From an uncultured Methanomassiliicoccales archaeon (GTDB taxonomy: Archaea; Thermoplasmatota; Thermoplasmata; Methanomassiliicoccales; UBA472), in assembly GCA_963695345.1 (NCBI GenBank), contig OY968769.1, positions 1,504,001-1,568,000 of the forward strand: a stretch of DNA of 64,000 nt, read 5' to 3'. The notes below the pieces were generated by a model. It was not told the origin of the DNA. It worked only from the letters and a program-made list of their open reading frames with translations, and searched no databases. Below, piece by piece: positions 37,429-48,034 of this stretch; position 1 is the first letter of the stretch; each line of letters begins with the position of its first letter. The position numbers and the translations under genes are program-made.

Positions 37429-38586
37429 TCAAATCCGGCTGTTGCTGAGCGCCTGCCGCAGGTCCTCCCTCAGATCATCCTCGTGCTCGATGCCTACGGA
37501 AAGCCTGATCAGATTATCCCCGATGCCAGCTCTGAGCCGTTCTTCCTTTGGTATCATACGATGGGTCATTGAGGCGGGGTGCTCGACGAGGGATTCTACG
37601 CCTCCGAGGCTCTCGGCAAGAGAGAAGATATGGGTTGATTCCGAGAATCTCAGTGCCGACGCATTCTCCGCGAGCTCGAACGAGACCATCCCCGAATAAC
37701 CCCTCATCTGCCGCTTTGCCAATTCGTGGTCGGGGTGGGTGTCCAGGCCCGGGAACAGGACCCTCTCCACGAGTTCGTGCGAAGATAGGAAATCGGCCAC
37801 TGCCTTGGCGTTCTCCTCATGTCTCTGCATGCGCAGCGCCAGCGTTCTGATGCCTCTCAGCGCCAAGAACGAGTCGAAGGGTCCAGGGATGGGCCCTAGC
37901 GCTCTCTGGTAATTGCGCAGCCTCTCCAGGATGTTCGCGTCCTTTGCCACCAGTGCGCCGCCGATCAGGTCGCTGTGCCCGGATATGTACTTCGTGGTCG
38001 AATGGACCACGACATCCGCCCCCAGGTCAAGGGGGTTCTGAAAATAGGGGCTGGCGAAGGTATTGTCCACGACGACGATGGTGTTCGGGTCCAGGCGATG
38101 GGCCAAATCGGAAAGATACGATATGTCGTATACGCTCAAGGTCGGGTTCGTGGGGGTCTCGAGCCAAACCATGGCCGCACCGGCACGCAACTCCCTCTCG
38201 ACGGAAACGAGGTCATGAAAATCGATGAACGTCGACCTAATCCCGAACTGGGCAAAACATTCATGGAACATCCTGTAGGTGCCGCCGTAGAGGTCGTTGC
38301 AGGCCAGCACGCGGTCCCCCGCCTTGAGAAGGAATAGCGCGACCGTCTCAGCCGCCATGCCCGAACTGAACGCAAGCCCTCCGATACCATTTTCCAGTGC
38401 CGCCAGGCGTTCCTCCAATACCGCACGTGTCGGATTGCCTGCCCGGGAGTAATGATAGCCATTGGGAAGATTCTCCATCTTGCTGCGGGCAAAGGTACTG
38501 GATAGGTGGATAGGAACGACCACATCGCCGTTCTGGAACTTGTCTCGCTCCTCTCCGACATGTACCGCCTTGGTCTCGAAACGCAT
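37429..38586 (-). CDS. Cystathionine gamma-synthase/lyase family PLP enzyme
   Basis: YSRAGNPT, LYGGT, ETPTNP, DNTF, HSTTKYISGHSD, AESLGGVESL. Confidence 0.93.
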   Translation of the reverse strand: MRFETKAVHVGEERDKFQNGDVVVPIHLSSTFARSKMENLPNGYHYSRAGNPTRAVLEERLAALENGIGGLAFSSGMAAETVALFLLKAGDRVLACNDLYGGTYRMFHECFAQFGIRSTFIDFHDLVSVERELRAGAAMVWLETPTNPTLSVYDISYLSDLAHRLDPNTIVVVDNTFASPYFQNPLDLGADVVVHSTTKYISGHSDLIGGALVAKDANILERLRNYQRALGPIPGPFDSFLALRGIRTLALRMQRHEENAKAVADFLSSHELVERVLFPGLDTHPDHELAKRQMRGYSGMVSFELAENASALRFSESTHIFSLAESLGGVESLVEHPASMTHRMIPKEERLRAGIGDNLIRLSVGIEHEDDLREDLRQALSNSRI

Positions 38587-38867
38587 GATACATCACTTTG
38601 TGATGAACAACCGATTCGAGTTGTTAATGTACTTTTCATATGGAGAGTCCATGTGAATTTCTTGCCGTCCGATCAGACCATTGCAGTGAAAGGAACGGAT
38701 AATCGGTCATCCGGCCGGTTGGGGGCATGATGGCGAGGGTCTTCGTTGCCAGGTTGGATCTACCGAGTGTATTTTTCGAGTTGTGACCGTTGTTCAATGA
38801 TGGGCGTGGACCAGGCCCCCTTAGGAAAGATATTAAGTGGGTCGGTGAATGACATCGACCGATTGCG

Positions 38868-39443
38868 ATGAATGTCCTCATCCTAGACGGGTCGCGGCAA
38901 GCTGTCCCTGCACTTGAAAATGTGAAAGCGGAGCTGAAACAACGGATCGAAGGTAAGGGCCACCAATTGGAGGAGGTCAATCTTCGGGATGGGGACATGA
39001 AGAGATGCACCGGCTGTTTCGGATGCTGGGTGAAGCGACCCGGCCTATGCGTCTTCGACGACGACGGCCAGAAGGTGGCCAGCTGCATCGCCAACGCACA
39101 GTTCCTGGTCATGCTCTCGCCGATCACGTTCGGGGGATACAGCAGTTTGCTGAAGGCCGCCCTCGACCGGCAGATGCCAGTGCTCCTGCCTTTCTTCGAG
39201 AAGGTGGAAGGGGAAGTGCACCACGCCCTCAGGTATGAATCCTATCCGACGATGCTGGTGGTCGGTTCGATCGAGAAGGAGGATAAGCTGCATGAGAACG
39301 TGTTCGCCCGCCTTGCGAAGCGCAACTCCATCAATGGCCATTCTCCCAAGTCAAATTCAATGGTGGTATACGAAAGGGATACGAGGGAGGACGTGGCGCG
39401 CAAACTTGACCATATCCTTGATGGCATGGGGGTGCTGCAATGA
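38868..39443 (+). CDS. Flavodoxin-family protein (iron-sulfur flavoprotein-like)
   Basis: CTGCFGCW...GLC Cys cluster, SPITFGGYS-x-x-LK-x-x-LDR. Confidence 0.8.
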   Translation: MNVLILDGSRQAVPALENVKAELKQRIEGKGHQLEEVNLRDGDMKRCTGCFGCWVKRPGLCVFDDDGQKVASCIANAQFLVMLSPITFGGYSSLLKAALDRQMPVLLPFFEKVEGEVHHALRYESYPTMLVVGSIEKEDKLHENVFARLAKRNSINGHSPKSNSMVVYERDTREDVARKLDHILDGMGVLQ

Positions 39444-40114
39444 CCCTCAAGAGCGCCTTGCTACTGATCGGCAGCCCGAAGACCAACGGAGGGACATCCA
39501 TGGTCATGGCTGAACACCTAGCATCCAGGCTGAGGGATCTCAACGTGGAGACAGAGATCAGGCACATCCATCAGGCCATCGATGGTGGAAAGGAGGACGA
39601 TCTCTTCGACGCCATCGGTCGGGCGGACGCATTGGTACTGATCTCCCCGCTCTACGTGGACAGCCTCCCTTCCGGAGTGATCCGTTTCTTCGAACTGTTC
39701 CTGGAGCGCAAGGGAAAGAACGGCGGGAACGAGAAACCGTTCTACGCGATAATCAATTCCGGATTCCCCGAGTCACTCCAGAGCACCGTTGCTCTGGAAA
39801 TATGCGTTCTGTTCGCGCGGGACACCGGATTTACCTGGAACGGCGGGGGAGCGATAGGAGCCGGTCCCTTGCTGGAGGGCAAGACGCTTGAGGAGTCAGG
39901 GGGTCGCACCAAGAACCTCAGGGCGGGGCTGGCCCTTCTGGCGGTATCGATGTCGATGGGCGGCGGGCTCTCGAAGCAGGCGAGGGACCTGATCGGAAGG
40001 CCGCTGGTCCCCAAGTTCCTCTACGTCTACTTCAGCAACAAGCTGTGGCGCAAGGCGGCTGAGGCGCAAGGGGCGGGCCAGAAGATGTACGATAAACCGC
40101 TGGCAAGGAAGTGA
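39440..40114 (+). CDS. NAD(P)H-dependent FMN reductase/flavodoxin-like protein
   Basis: GSPK-x-x-x-GTS, PLYVDSLP, NSGFPE; ATGA overlap with the previous gene. Confidence 0.8.
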   Translation: MTLKSALLLIGSPKTNGGTSMVMAEHLASRLRDLNVETEIRHIHQAIDGGKEDDLFDAIGRADALVLISPLYVDSLPSGVIRFFELFLERKGKNGGNEKPFYAIINSGFPESLQSTVALEICVLFARDTGFTWNGGGAIGAGPLLEGKTLEESGGRTKNLRAGLALLAVSMSMGGGLSKQARDLIGRPLVPKFLYVYFSNKLWRKAAEAQGAGQKMYDKPLARK

Positions 40115-40210
40115 TCACCTACGATACCTTCAAAAAGGCCTTGACATATTCTAACACGCTCCGTCACCGCCCGTGAAGGGCACTGGACGGGTATTGATCG
40201 AGGCATCAAA

Positions 40211-41140
40211 ATGGCAAACAAACCGATGGTCTGGATGGACGGCAAGATGGTCGAACAGGACAAGGCGTACGTGCCGCTCATGTCACACGCACTGCACTAT
40301 GGCAGCGGCGTCTTCGAAGGCATCCGTCTCTATGACACGAAGAAGGGACGGGCCATCTTCCGGCTGCAGGACCATATAGTCCGTCTTTTCAATTCCTCCA
40401 AGATACTGGACATGAAGATCCCCTACACCGTCGAGGAGATCTGCGAAGCGACCAGGGAGGTCGTCAGGAAGACCAAGACGGACATCGACTACATACGTCC
40501 CATAGCGTACTACGGGCTGGGAGAACCGGGAAAGATCGTCCTGAACCCGGCCAAGTTCAAGGTCAACGTTGCCGTCGCCACCGCGAAGATGGGGACCTAC
40601 ATGGGAGAGGAGCAGCTTCAGAAAGGCGCCAGCATAATGACGTCCTCATGGGAGAAGCCGTCGAACAAGTCGACGTCGCTTCAGGCGAAGATCTGCGGTA
40701 ACTATGTGAACTCGGTCATCGCCAAGATCGAGTCCAACCAGCACGGGGCCGATGAGGCGCTCATGCTGAATTCCAACGGGACCGTCGCCGAGGGGCCAGG
40801 AGAGAACATGTTCATTGTCAGGGGCGGCAAGCTGATCACCCCGCCGATATCCGCCGGTGTGCTCGAAGGCATCACCAAGGACTCGATCCTGACCATCGCC
40901 AGCGACCTGAAGATCGAGGTCATCGAGCGCGACATCACCAGGGGAGAGATATTTGTCGCCGACGAGTTCTTCATGACCGGCACGGCGGCCGAGGTAACGC
41001 CGTGCAGCTACCTTGACGGCCGGATGATAGGTGATGGCAAGGCCGGGCCGATCACCAAGAAACTGCAGACCGCCTTCTTCAAGGCCGCCCGGGGACAGGA
41101 CAAGAAGTATGACAAGTGGCTCGACTACGTCGACCAGTGA
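40211..41140 (+). CDS. ilvE: Branched-chain amino acid aminotransferase
   Basis: LHYGSGVFEGIR, YIRP, AK-x-x-GNY, EGPGEN, LEGIT, GTAAEVTP. Confidence 0.95.
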   Translation: MANKPMVWMDGKMVEQDKAYVPLMSHALHYGSGVFEGIRLYDTKKGRAIFRLQDHIVRLFNSSKILDMKIPYTVEEICEATREVVRKTKTDIDYIRPIAYYGLGEPGKIVLNPAKFKVNVAVATAKMGTYMGEEQLQKGASIMTSSWEKPSNKSTSLQAKICGNYVNSVIAKIESNQHGADEALMLNSNGTVAEGPGENMFIVRGGKLITPPISAGVLEGITKDSILTIASDLKIEVIERDITRGEIFVADEFFMTGTAAEVTPCSYLDGRMIGDGKAGPITKKLQTAFFKAARGQDKKYDKWLDYVDQ

Positions 41141-41147
41141 GGAAAAC

Positions 41148-41177
41148 AAGGCGTCGGGGATCGCCCCGGACGGCCTT
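41148..41177. terminator. Hairpin between convergent ilvE and RibD-family genes
   Basis: AAGGCGTCGGGG-ATCG-CCCCGGACGGCCTT imperfect stem-loop. Confidence 0.45.
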
Positions 41178-41195
41178 CAAACGTCTTCTCGCTTT

Positions 41196-41876
41196 CTACC
41201 GATCCAGCTCCTCAGCATAATTGCGGACCTTATATCTCAGATACAACCGGCCACCATCGAACTTCCTGGTGCCGATCAATTCCAGGTCAGTCACCTTTCC
41301 TCCTTCTCCCAGATCGGGAGCGATGAACATGGAACGGTTGCTGGTCCCGCCCACCAGGAAAGGATGGACCAGGAGATGCACCTCGGAGACCAGGTTCTGC
41401 CTCAGAAGGATCCCGTTCAGCGTACCACCGCTGTCAACCCTGATGCGTTTGGCACCAAACTCCGTACCGACCCATTCCAGGGCCTTCGCCATGTCGACGT
41501 GTTCCTTTCCGAAGATCGCAAACCTGACATTCTTGACCTTAAGGTATTCCAGATAGTCTTTGGGCGTTGATTCGGAGACCAGCGCGACCATATCCCTCCA
41601 GTATGGTTGGTTCCTGAGCTTGTTCCAGCATCGGACTCTTCCCCTGCCGTCGACTATGGCGACGATGGGGCGTTTGTCCTTCGGGTCTTCGTTCGGGACA
41701 TAGGTATCTTCCTCAGTGTCCTCCAATCCCGATGAGACGACCGTTTCGCTCCCGAAGACGATGGCCTCGGCCTTCATCTTGGCGGCAAGTCCATAATACA
41801 GTTCCAGATCGAACTCGCCATGGTCCATCCTCCCATCGACGCTGACCGCGTTATAGATAATGACTATAGGTTTCAT
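41196..41876 (-). CDS. RibD C-terminal/DHFR-like reductase family protein
   Basis: AVSVDGR, VDGRGR, VDSGGTLN-x-x-LL-x-x-x-LV-x-E. Confidence 0.85.
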   Translation of the reverse strand: MKPIVIIYNAVSVDGRMDHGEFDLELYYGLAAKMKAEAIVFGSETVVSSGLEDTEEDTYVPNEDPKDKRPIVAIVDGRGRVRCWNKLRNQPYWRDMVALVSESTPKDYLEYLKVKNVRFAIFGKEHVDMAKALEWVGTEFGAKRIRVDSGGTLNGILLRQNLVSEVHLLVHPFLVGGTSNRSMFIAPDLGEGGKVTDLELIGTRKFDGGRLYLRYKVRNYAEELDR

Positions 41877-42037
41877 GAGATCTTCAAATAATACAGATCC
41901 CAAATTCAAATCCATTTCCCCCGCATGAGTGAAAGTACCGATCCGTTGGTCACAGGACATGTGTCATCGCTCTGATATGACCACCACGGTTTGGCGATAT
42001 TCAAGGCAAAAATGAATACTCCCCGTGCCATGCTCCC

Positions 42038-42724
42038 TTGGAAGTTGATGGTTTGGATGAGAATGAGATTTCCCCACTGTTCGATGGGGACGGTTTCGAC
42101 AATGTCAAGCTGGTGGTCCGACATGCCGAACGGCCGTTGTTCAAAGGTCTCAAAGCCCCGCACGATGTGAGCATCACAGAGAATGGGATGAGGCAGGCCG
42201 AGAGGCTGGGCAGGTCATTGGGGGAAAGAGGGCTCAAGATCAAGGGATGTTCCACCAGTCCGGTCCGCAGATGCATCCAGACGGCTGAGCTCATAGGGGC
42301 GGGGAACGGATATGAGGGCGATGTGGAGACATACCCTTCCCTGGGCGGGTCCGGTCTGTTCATGGATGACGGCGAAGCGCTGGACCACACATTCGATACC
42401 TACACCCTGGAGAGGATAATCGGTGATCAGCTCCAAGGCCGGAAGGTTCCCGGTATGAGGCCTTTGGAAGTTGGTCTGAGAATATTCATGGGACAGATAA
42501 TGTCCCGCCGGTCCATGGGTTTCGAGGTCTTCGTCAGCCACGACCTGTTCGTCTGCCCTGCCGCCCATTATCTTACCCAGACCGCCTATTCCGCGGCAGG
42601 CAACACTGGATTCCTGGAGGGTTTCTTCTTCGCGGAACGTGACGGACGGACCTGGATCCTATGGAGGTCCAGGGCCTATGACGTCACCGTTCGGCTCAGA
42701 ACGCTCTTTGAAAGGAATGATTGA
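42038..42724 (+). CDS. Histidine phosphatase family protein
   Basis: RHAE, IT-x-x-G-x-x-QA, SP-x-x-RC-x-QTA, VSHD. Confidence 0.85.
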   Translation: MEVDGLDENEISPLFDGDGFDNVKLVVRHAERPLFKGLKAPHDVSITENGMRQAERLGRSLGERGLKIKGCSTSPVRRCIQTAELIGAGNGYEGDVETYPSLGGSGLFMDDGEALDHTFDTYTLERIIGDQLQGRKVPGMRPLEVGLRIFMGQIMSRRSMGFEVFVSHDLFVCPAAHYLTQTAYSAAGNTGFLEGFFFAERDGRTWILWRSRAYDVTVRLRTLFERND

Positions 42725-42728
42725 GGCC

Positions 42729-44342
42729 TCAGGCGGCCTCGGTCTTCGCCCCATCCTCTTTCTTCCATTTGTTCCGGTCATAGAGCCAACCGATGGCCAG
42801 TGCCGCTATCGAGACCGGCATGGCGATGACCAGCGAGTCGATGACCTGCCAGGGCAGTCCGAGCAATGCGTCCGTGCCGGTCAGGGCCTTGCAGATCCCC
42901 AGGACGGCCGATTCCTTCTTGTGGACGAAAGCGGTCCAGAAGAACCAGGTGCTGGCTCCCATTATGAGGCTGGCCTTGGCACCGGATATCGACGGGCGCT
43001 TGGTGAACAACCCGTGGGTGAACATGGGCAGGAACGCCACCGCGCACAATCCCATGAACATCGCGGTGGCCCGGGCGATGATGTTGTCCGGCATAATGAA
43101 AGCCAACAGGATGCTTACCACTATCATTATCCCGGTCCCGGCCTTGGTGGCGTTCAGGGACGATTTGACCTGCGAGACCTTGTCGTAATTGTCCTTGACC
43201 TTGCGGTTCTTCAGATGGATCCATATGTCATGACCGGCCGCCGAACCCATGGTGTGGAATATCGAACTTAGAGTGGACATGGCCGCTGCCAGCAACGTCA
43301 GCATGAAGAGCACTACCACCAGTTCTGGCATGGCCGAATTGATGTAGAGCGGTATCACCGTGTCGAAGTTGCCGTTCGTTGCCACCTGCTGGGCTATCTT
43401 TCCCTGGGTGGTATTGAAGTAAACGTTGGTCAGGGATCCAACGGTGAATGCGACACCGGTCATCATCAGGATGAAGACGGCTCCGATGGGAACGGCGCGG
43501 TTGAGCGCCCTTCCGTCCTTGGCGGTCATGAACCGAACGACCAATTGCGGTTGGGCGAGCACCCCTATACCCACTCCCATGATGATCGTGGTCACCATGG
43601 TGTACCATATGGGCGACCCCAGGCTAGGCATGGAGGTCCACCCGGTCATTCCTTGGGACACCAGTCCTGCGGGGACCAGGCTGGACATGTTGGTGAGGGC
43701 GGTGTGCGCATGGGTTATCCCGCCCAGAGTGGCATAGGTGATTATCAGGACCGCCGACATGCCGAGCATCATCAGGAGCCCTTGGAAGGCATCGGTGTAC
43801 ATGACGCCCAGCAGACCGCCGAAGACCACGTATAGGGCGGTGATGGCGGCGAAACCGATGAGGGCCCAAGCGTAAGGTATACCAAGCGTCTGCTGTATGA
43901 ACAGAGCACCGCCGATCATGACCGCCGACGAATAAAGCGGCATGGCGATCAGGATAATGACACTGGTAGAGTATTGCAGGAACGGTGACCGGAACCTTTT
44001 CCCCAATAGGTCCGGGAAGGTGAACGCGTTCAGCCTCTTTCCGAGCCGCCTGGTCGGTTTTCCGTAGACCACGAAGGCGATCAGGACGCCGACGGCAACG
44101 GTGAGGAACGTGAGCCACATCAGGCCCATTCCGAGTTGCGCCGCCACTCCACCGAACCCGACTATGGCGGATGTGCTGATGAATGTCGCCCCGTAGGAAA
44201 GTCCGATTATCCAGGGACTGACCTCTCTGCCCGCCAGGAGGAAATGGTCCCCGCTCTTGGTCTTCTTATAGGCAAGATAGGCAAGGAACAGAGTTATTCC
44301 GATGTAGACCGCAGTGACCAGCCAGAAGACCAGTGTGTCCAT
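42729..44342 (-). CDS. Sodium:solute symporter (copy 1)
   Basis: SYGATFISTSAIVGFGG, YTDAFQG, QPQLVVRFM, AAAMSTLSS; about 13 TM. Confidence 0.93.
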   Translation of the reverse strand: MDTLVFWLVTAVYIGITLFLAYLAYKKTKSGDHFLLAGREVSPWIIGLSYGATFISTSAIVGFGGVAAQLGMGLMWLTFLTVAVGVLIAFVVYGKPTRRLGKRLNAFTFPDLLGKRFRSPFLQYSTSVIILIAMPLYSSAVMIGGALFIQQTLGIPYAWALIGFAAITALYVVFGGLLGVMYTDAFQGLLMMLGMSAVLIITYATLGGITHAHTALTNMSSLVPAGLVSQGMTGWTSMPSLGSPIWYTMVTTIIMGVGIGVLAQPQLVVRFMTAKDGRALNRAVPIGAVFILMMTGVAFTVGSLTNVYFNTTQGKIAQQVATNGNFDTVIPLYINSAMPELVVVLFMLTLLAAAMSTLSSIFHTMGSAAGHDIWIHLKNRKVKDNYDKVSQVKSSLNATKAGTGIMIVVSILLAFIMPDNIIARATAMFMGLCAVAFLPMFTHGLFTKRPSISGAKASLIMGASTWFFWTAFVHKKESAVLGICKALTGTDALLGLPWQVIDSLVIAMPVSIAALAIGWLYDRNKWKKEDGAKTEAA

Positions 44343-44450
44343 TTAGTCCACCTCATTCCATTTTGCCACACCGTATGCCACGCACAGCAATGTCGCCCCG
44401 ATCGCCAGAGCATATGCGAGCTGAATCTGAACGTCTTCTATTCCGAACAC
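44343..44450 (-). CDS. Symporter small accessory protein (35 aa), absent from ORF track
   Basis: (M)FGIEDVQIQLAYALAIGATLLCVAYGVAKWNEVD; GTG start with GGGGGA RBS; TAA abuts the symporter ATG. Confidence 0.85.
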   Translation of the reverse strand: MFGIEDVQIQLAYALAIGATLLCVAYGVAKWNEVD

Positions 44451-44550
44451 TGAAATTCCCCCCATGAGCTGGATGGCATGGACACCAAGCCACCCCTCTC
44501 AATCCTCCTTAAGGCGCGCGTTACGCCCCTCAAACTCAATTGATTGAGAT

Positions 44551-44574
44551 TATTTAAATGTTACATGCTAGAAC
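44551..44574 (-). promoter_or_regulatory. TATA box plus conserved 17-bp motif (site 1)
   Basis: Minus-strand TTTAAATA abutting ATGTTACATGCTAGAAC (44558-44574, plus strand). Confidence 0.6.
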
Positions 44575-44600
44575 GGAACATGATACTCCTTAGCAGGCGT

Positions 44601-44630
44601 AAAAATAAGACGGCCGCCCCTTTCGGGGCG
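44601..44630 (-). terminator. Hairpin + T-tract after symporter copy 2
   Basis: Minus strand CGCCCC-GAAA-GGGGCG followed by GCCGTCTTATTTTT. Confidence 0.6.
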
Positions 44631-44637
44631 AAATGGT

Positions 44638-46273
44638 TTATGCCAGTTCCGGCAGCAGATTGTTCCTTCTCTTATCGATGTACCATCCTATGAACAGCGC
44701 CAAGATCGACAGTGGTATGGCGATGACCAGGGAATCGACTACGGTCCATGGGGTGCCGACCAGGAGGGAGTCCTTGCCGAACAATGCCTTGCAGATCCCC
44801 AACGGCTGCGATTCCTTTGTGTGGACGAACGCGGTCCACGCGAACCAGGTGACCGCACCGACCAGCAAGCTCGACTTGGCCGCCAGCAGAGACACCTTCT
44901 TGGAGAACAATGCGTGGGTGAACAGCGGCAGGAACGCCGCGGCGCACAGACCCATGAACATTGCCGTTGCCCTGGCGATAATGCTTGGTGGCATAAGGAA
45001 CGCAAGACCTACGCTGGCCAAGATCATTATGCCCGCCCCGATCTTATTGGCTCTCAGGGATGAACACTTCTCTAGCTCGCAGCGCTGGCCCTTTGGCATC
45101 AGACGTGAGGTCTTGAAGTGCCTCCAGACATCGTGACCGGCCGCCGAGCCCATGGTGTGGAATATCGAGCTGAGGGTGGACATGGCCGCTGCCAGCAAGG
45201 TCAACATGAACAGAATGATGACTATGTCCGGCATGGCCTGGTTGATGTACAGCGGCATGATCTTGTCCGTGTTCAAAGCCCCGCCGTACGCGGCCACCTC
45301 TGCCGCCGTGGCGGTCGTTCCGTTTTGGTTCCAGAAGTAAACGTTGGTCAAGGCTCCTACCGTGTAAGCGACGCCGGTCGTGAGCAGGATGAAGACCGCC
45401 CCGATTGGAATTGCCCGGTTCAGCGCCTTAGAGTCCTTGGCCGTCATGAAGCGGACGATCAGCTGTGGTTGTGCCAGCACTCCCACTCCGACACCCATTA
45501 TGATGGTGGTGACCATGGTCAGCCAAATGGTCGAACCCAGGTCCGGCATGGCGGTCCATCCCGCCCATCCTCCGCCTCCCGGCGGAAGACCCAGCGGTGA
45601 GGCTGAATCCTTGAGGTTCGTCAATGCCGCAAACGAGCTGTCCACGCCCCCAAGCAGTGTGAAGGTGATGATCAGGATGAGGGACATGCCCACGATCATG
45701 ACTCCACCCTGGAATGCATCGGTGTACATGACCGCCAGCAGACCTCCGACCACCACGTACAATGCTGTGATCAGGGCGAATCCAAATAACGCCACATTAT
45801 AGTCGACGTTCAGCGTGACATTGATGAACTGTGAACCGCCGATCAGGACCGCCGACGAGTACAGCGGCATCGATACCAGGATCAGCACTCCCGTGGCATA
45901 TTGCATGAAATTCGAATTGTAGCGCTTTCCGATGAGGTCCGGGAACGTCATAGCCCTTAAGCTTCTGACCGAGCTTCCTGGTCGGTTTTCCGAACACCAC
46001 GAATGCTATGAGTATGCCCAAGGCAATGTTCAGGAAGACCAGCCACATCAATCCCATGCCCAATTGGGCTGCCACGCCGCCGAACCCGACGATCGCGGAC
46101 GTGGAAATGAATGTAGAACCATAGGACAAACCGATGATCCAGGGGCTGACGTTCTTGCCTGCCAGAAGGAAATCCTCAGAGCTCTTGGTCTTCTTCCAGC
46201 CATAGTAGGCAAGGAATAAGGTAATGGCCACATAGCCTGCGGTGAACACCCAGAATGTTGCGGTGTCTACCAT
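44638..46273 (-). pseudogene. Sodium:solute symporter (copy 2) with a +1 frameshift at about 45955 (possibly a sequencing error)
   Basis: Two overlapping ORFs collinear with copy 1; deleting one base of CCC 45954-56 gives KLKAMTFP (copy 1: RLNAFTFP) and a 544-aa protein. Confidence 0.85.
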
Positions 46274-46274
46274 A

Positions 46275-46388
46275 CTAATCCACTTCCTTATTCCAATTCA
46301 ACCATCCATATACGACGCAAACTATCGTCACTCCGATCGCTAGCACATAAGCTAGGATTATCTGTGGGTCCTCTATCCCGAACACCAT
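46275..46388 (-). CDS. Symporter small accessory protein (37 aa), absent from ORF track
   Basis: MVFGIEDPQIILAYVLAIGVTIVCVVYGWLNWNKEVD, paralog of 44343-44450; GGGGGGA RBS. Confidence 0.85.
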   Translation of the reverse strand: MVFGIEDPQIILAYVLAIGVTIVCVVYGWLNWNKEVD

Positions 46389-46495
46389 CGAAATCCCCCC
46401 GTTCACACTCATTCAAGGCCGTTTCCTCCGGCGGCCGAGGACCCGCGGCCGCAAGGCCGGAGTCAAACTGAGTTCTATAGGAATTGGAGTGGACG

Positions 46496-46519
46496 TATAT
46501 TAATGTTACATGTTGTCTC
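46496..46519 (-). promoter_or_regulatory. TATA box plus conserved 17-bp motif (site 2)
   Basis: Minus-strand TTAATATA abutting ATGTTACATGTTGTCTC (46503-46519, plus strand). Confidence 0.55.
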
Positions 46520-46556
46520 GGTGCATGTTAGCACGTGACATTGATAACGTCCGGCA

Positions 46557-47858
46557 TCAATATTTGCGGTTGTCGATGACGCGCTTTGCCTTCCCTTCGA
46601 ACCGGGGCAGCGATCCAGGCTCGACCAGTTCGATGCAGGCGTTGACCATGAGGGTGGTCCTCAACTTGGAGGCGATCTTGTCCCGCAGGACCTCGATCTT
46701 GGCCATGTCGTCTACGAAGCCTTCCGGCCTCAGTTCCACTTTCACGGTCATCTCGTCCAAGGCGCCGGTCCTTTCCACGATAATCTGGAATTCATTCCCC
46801 AATTGCGGCATCGACAGGAGCACGTACTCGATCTGCGAAGGGAAGACGTTGATGCCCCTGATGATCAGCATATCATCGGACCTGCCGCTGATCCTTCCGA
46901 TCCTCGGGTGCGTCCGTCCGCATGCGCAGGGCGTCTCGTCCATGGTGGTGATGTCACCGGTGCGGTAGCGGATGATGGGCAGCGCTTCCTTCTGGAGCAT
47001 GGTGATGACCAGCTCGCCCTTCTCTCCCGGGCTGACCTTCTTGCCGGTCTTCGGGTCGAGGATCTCCACCAATGCCATGTCGGCCCATACGTGCATACCG
47101 TTCTGCTGCTCGCATTCGCACCAGAGCGGACCGGACAGCTCACTGGTGCCATAGATGTTGATGCCCTTGACCCCGAGCGAGTCGTATATGCGGTCCCTCA
47201 TACCGTCGGACCATGGTTCCGCTCCGAGCACTCCGATCCTCAGATTGGTGTCCTTCCTGATGTCGATGCCCATCCTTGCCGCCACCTCGCCCAGATGCAT
47301 CAGGTAGGACGGGGTGCAGGCGATGGCCTTGACATTCAGGGTCTTTATGAGGTCCAACTGGCGTTCGGAATTGCCGGTGCTGCTCGGGACCACCGTCGCC
47401 CCCATGCGCTCGGCGCCATAATGCAGGCCCAGCCCGCCGGTGAAAAGGCCGTAAGTATAGGCGACTTGGACCGTGTCTTCCTGAGTGATGCCGCAGGACA
47501 TCAGCCCCCGGGCGATCGACTCGGACCAGTTGTCCACGTCATGTTTGGTGTATCCGACGATGGTCGGTTTCCCGGTCGTTCCCGACGAGGCGTGGTATCG
47601 GACCAGTTCCCGATTTGAAGCGGTGAACAGCTTCTCCATCGGTATGTCCCTGAGGTCTCCCTTGACCATGAAGGGCAGCTTTTCCACGTCGTCGAGGGTC
47701 TTGATGTCATCGGGAGAGACATGGGCCGCGTCCATCCTCTCTCGGTAGAACGGCGAAAAACTGTACAGCCTGTAGACCAGTGACTTCAGGAGCTTCAGCT
47801 GCAGGCCGTGAAGCTCGTCTCCCGGCATCATTTCGACCCTTGGGTTCCAGCACGTCAT
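46557..47858 (-). CDS. paaK: Phenylacetate-CoA ligase family (copy 2)
   Basis: HASSGTTGKPT, YGLFTGGLG, GAEPWS, YGTSE, RYRTGD, RGINVFPSQIE. Confidence 0.9.
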   Translation of the reverse strand: MTCWNPRVEMMPGDELHGLQLKLLKSLVYRLYSFSPFYRERMDAAHVSPDDIKTLDDVEKLPFMVKGDLRDIPMEKLFTASNRELVRYHASSGTTGKPTIVGYTKHDVDNWSESIARGLMSCGITQEDTVQVAYTYGLFTGGLGLHYGAERMGATVVPSSTGNSERQLDLIKTLNVKAIACTPSYLMHLGEVAARMGIDIRKDTNLRIGVLGAEPWSDGMRDRIYDSLGVKGINIYGTSELSGPLWCECEQQNGMHVWADMALVEILDPKTGKKVSPGEKGELVITMLQKEALPIIRYRTGDITTMDETPCACGRTHPRIGRISGRSDDMLIIRGINVFPSQIEYVLLSMPQLGNEFQIIVERTGALDEMTVKVELRPEGFVDDMAKIEVLRDKIASKLRTTLMVNACIELVEPGSLPRFEGKAKRVIDNRKY

Positions 47859-47967
47859 ACCGATTCCTCTCCGCACACACCGAAATCAGGTCCGTTGGGC
47901 ACGCTTCCGCCCGTCGGCCGGCATAACCAGCACAGCCTCCGCCTGACCTCGGATAGGACAGTGTCAG

Positions 47968-47984
47968 GTGATATCATGTAGCAT
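47968..47984 (-). promoter_or_regulatory. Conserved 17-bp motif (site 3)
   Basis: Minus strand ATGCTACATGATATCAC adjoining an ATATAT TATA-like element. Confidence 0.6.
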
Positions 47985-48034
47985 ATATGATTCTTTCAGG
48001 GAAGTAACGAAAAGAATGGAAATGATGTCGTCCT

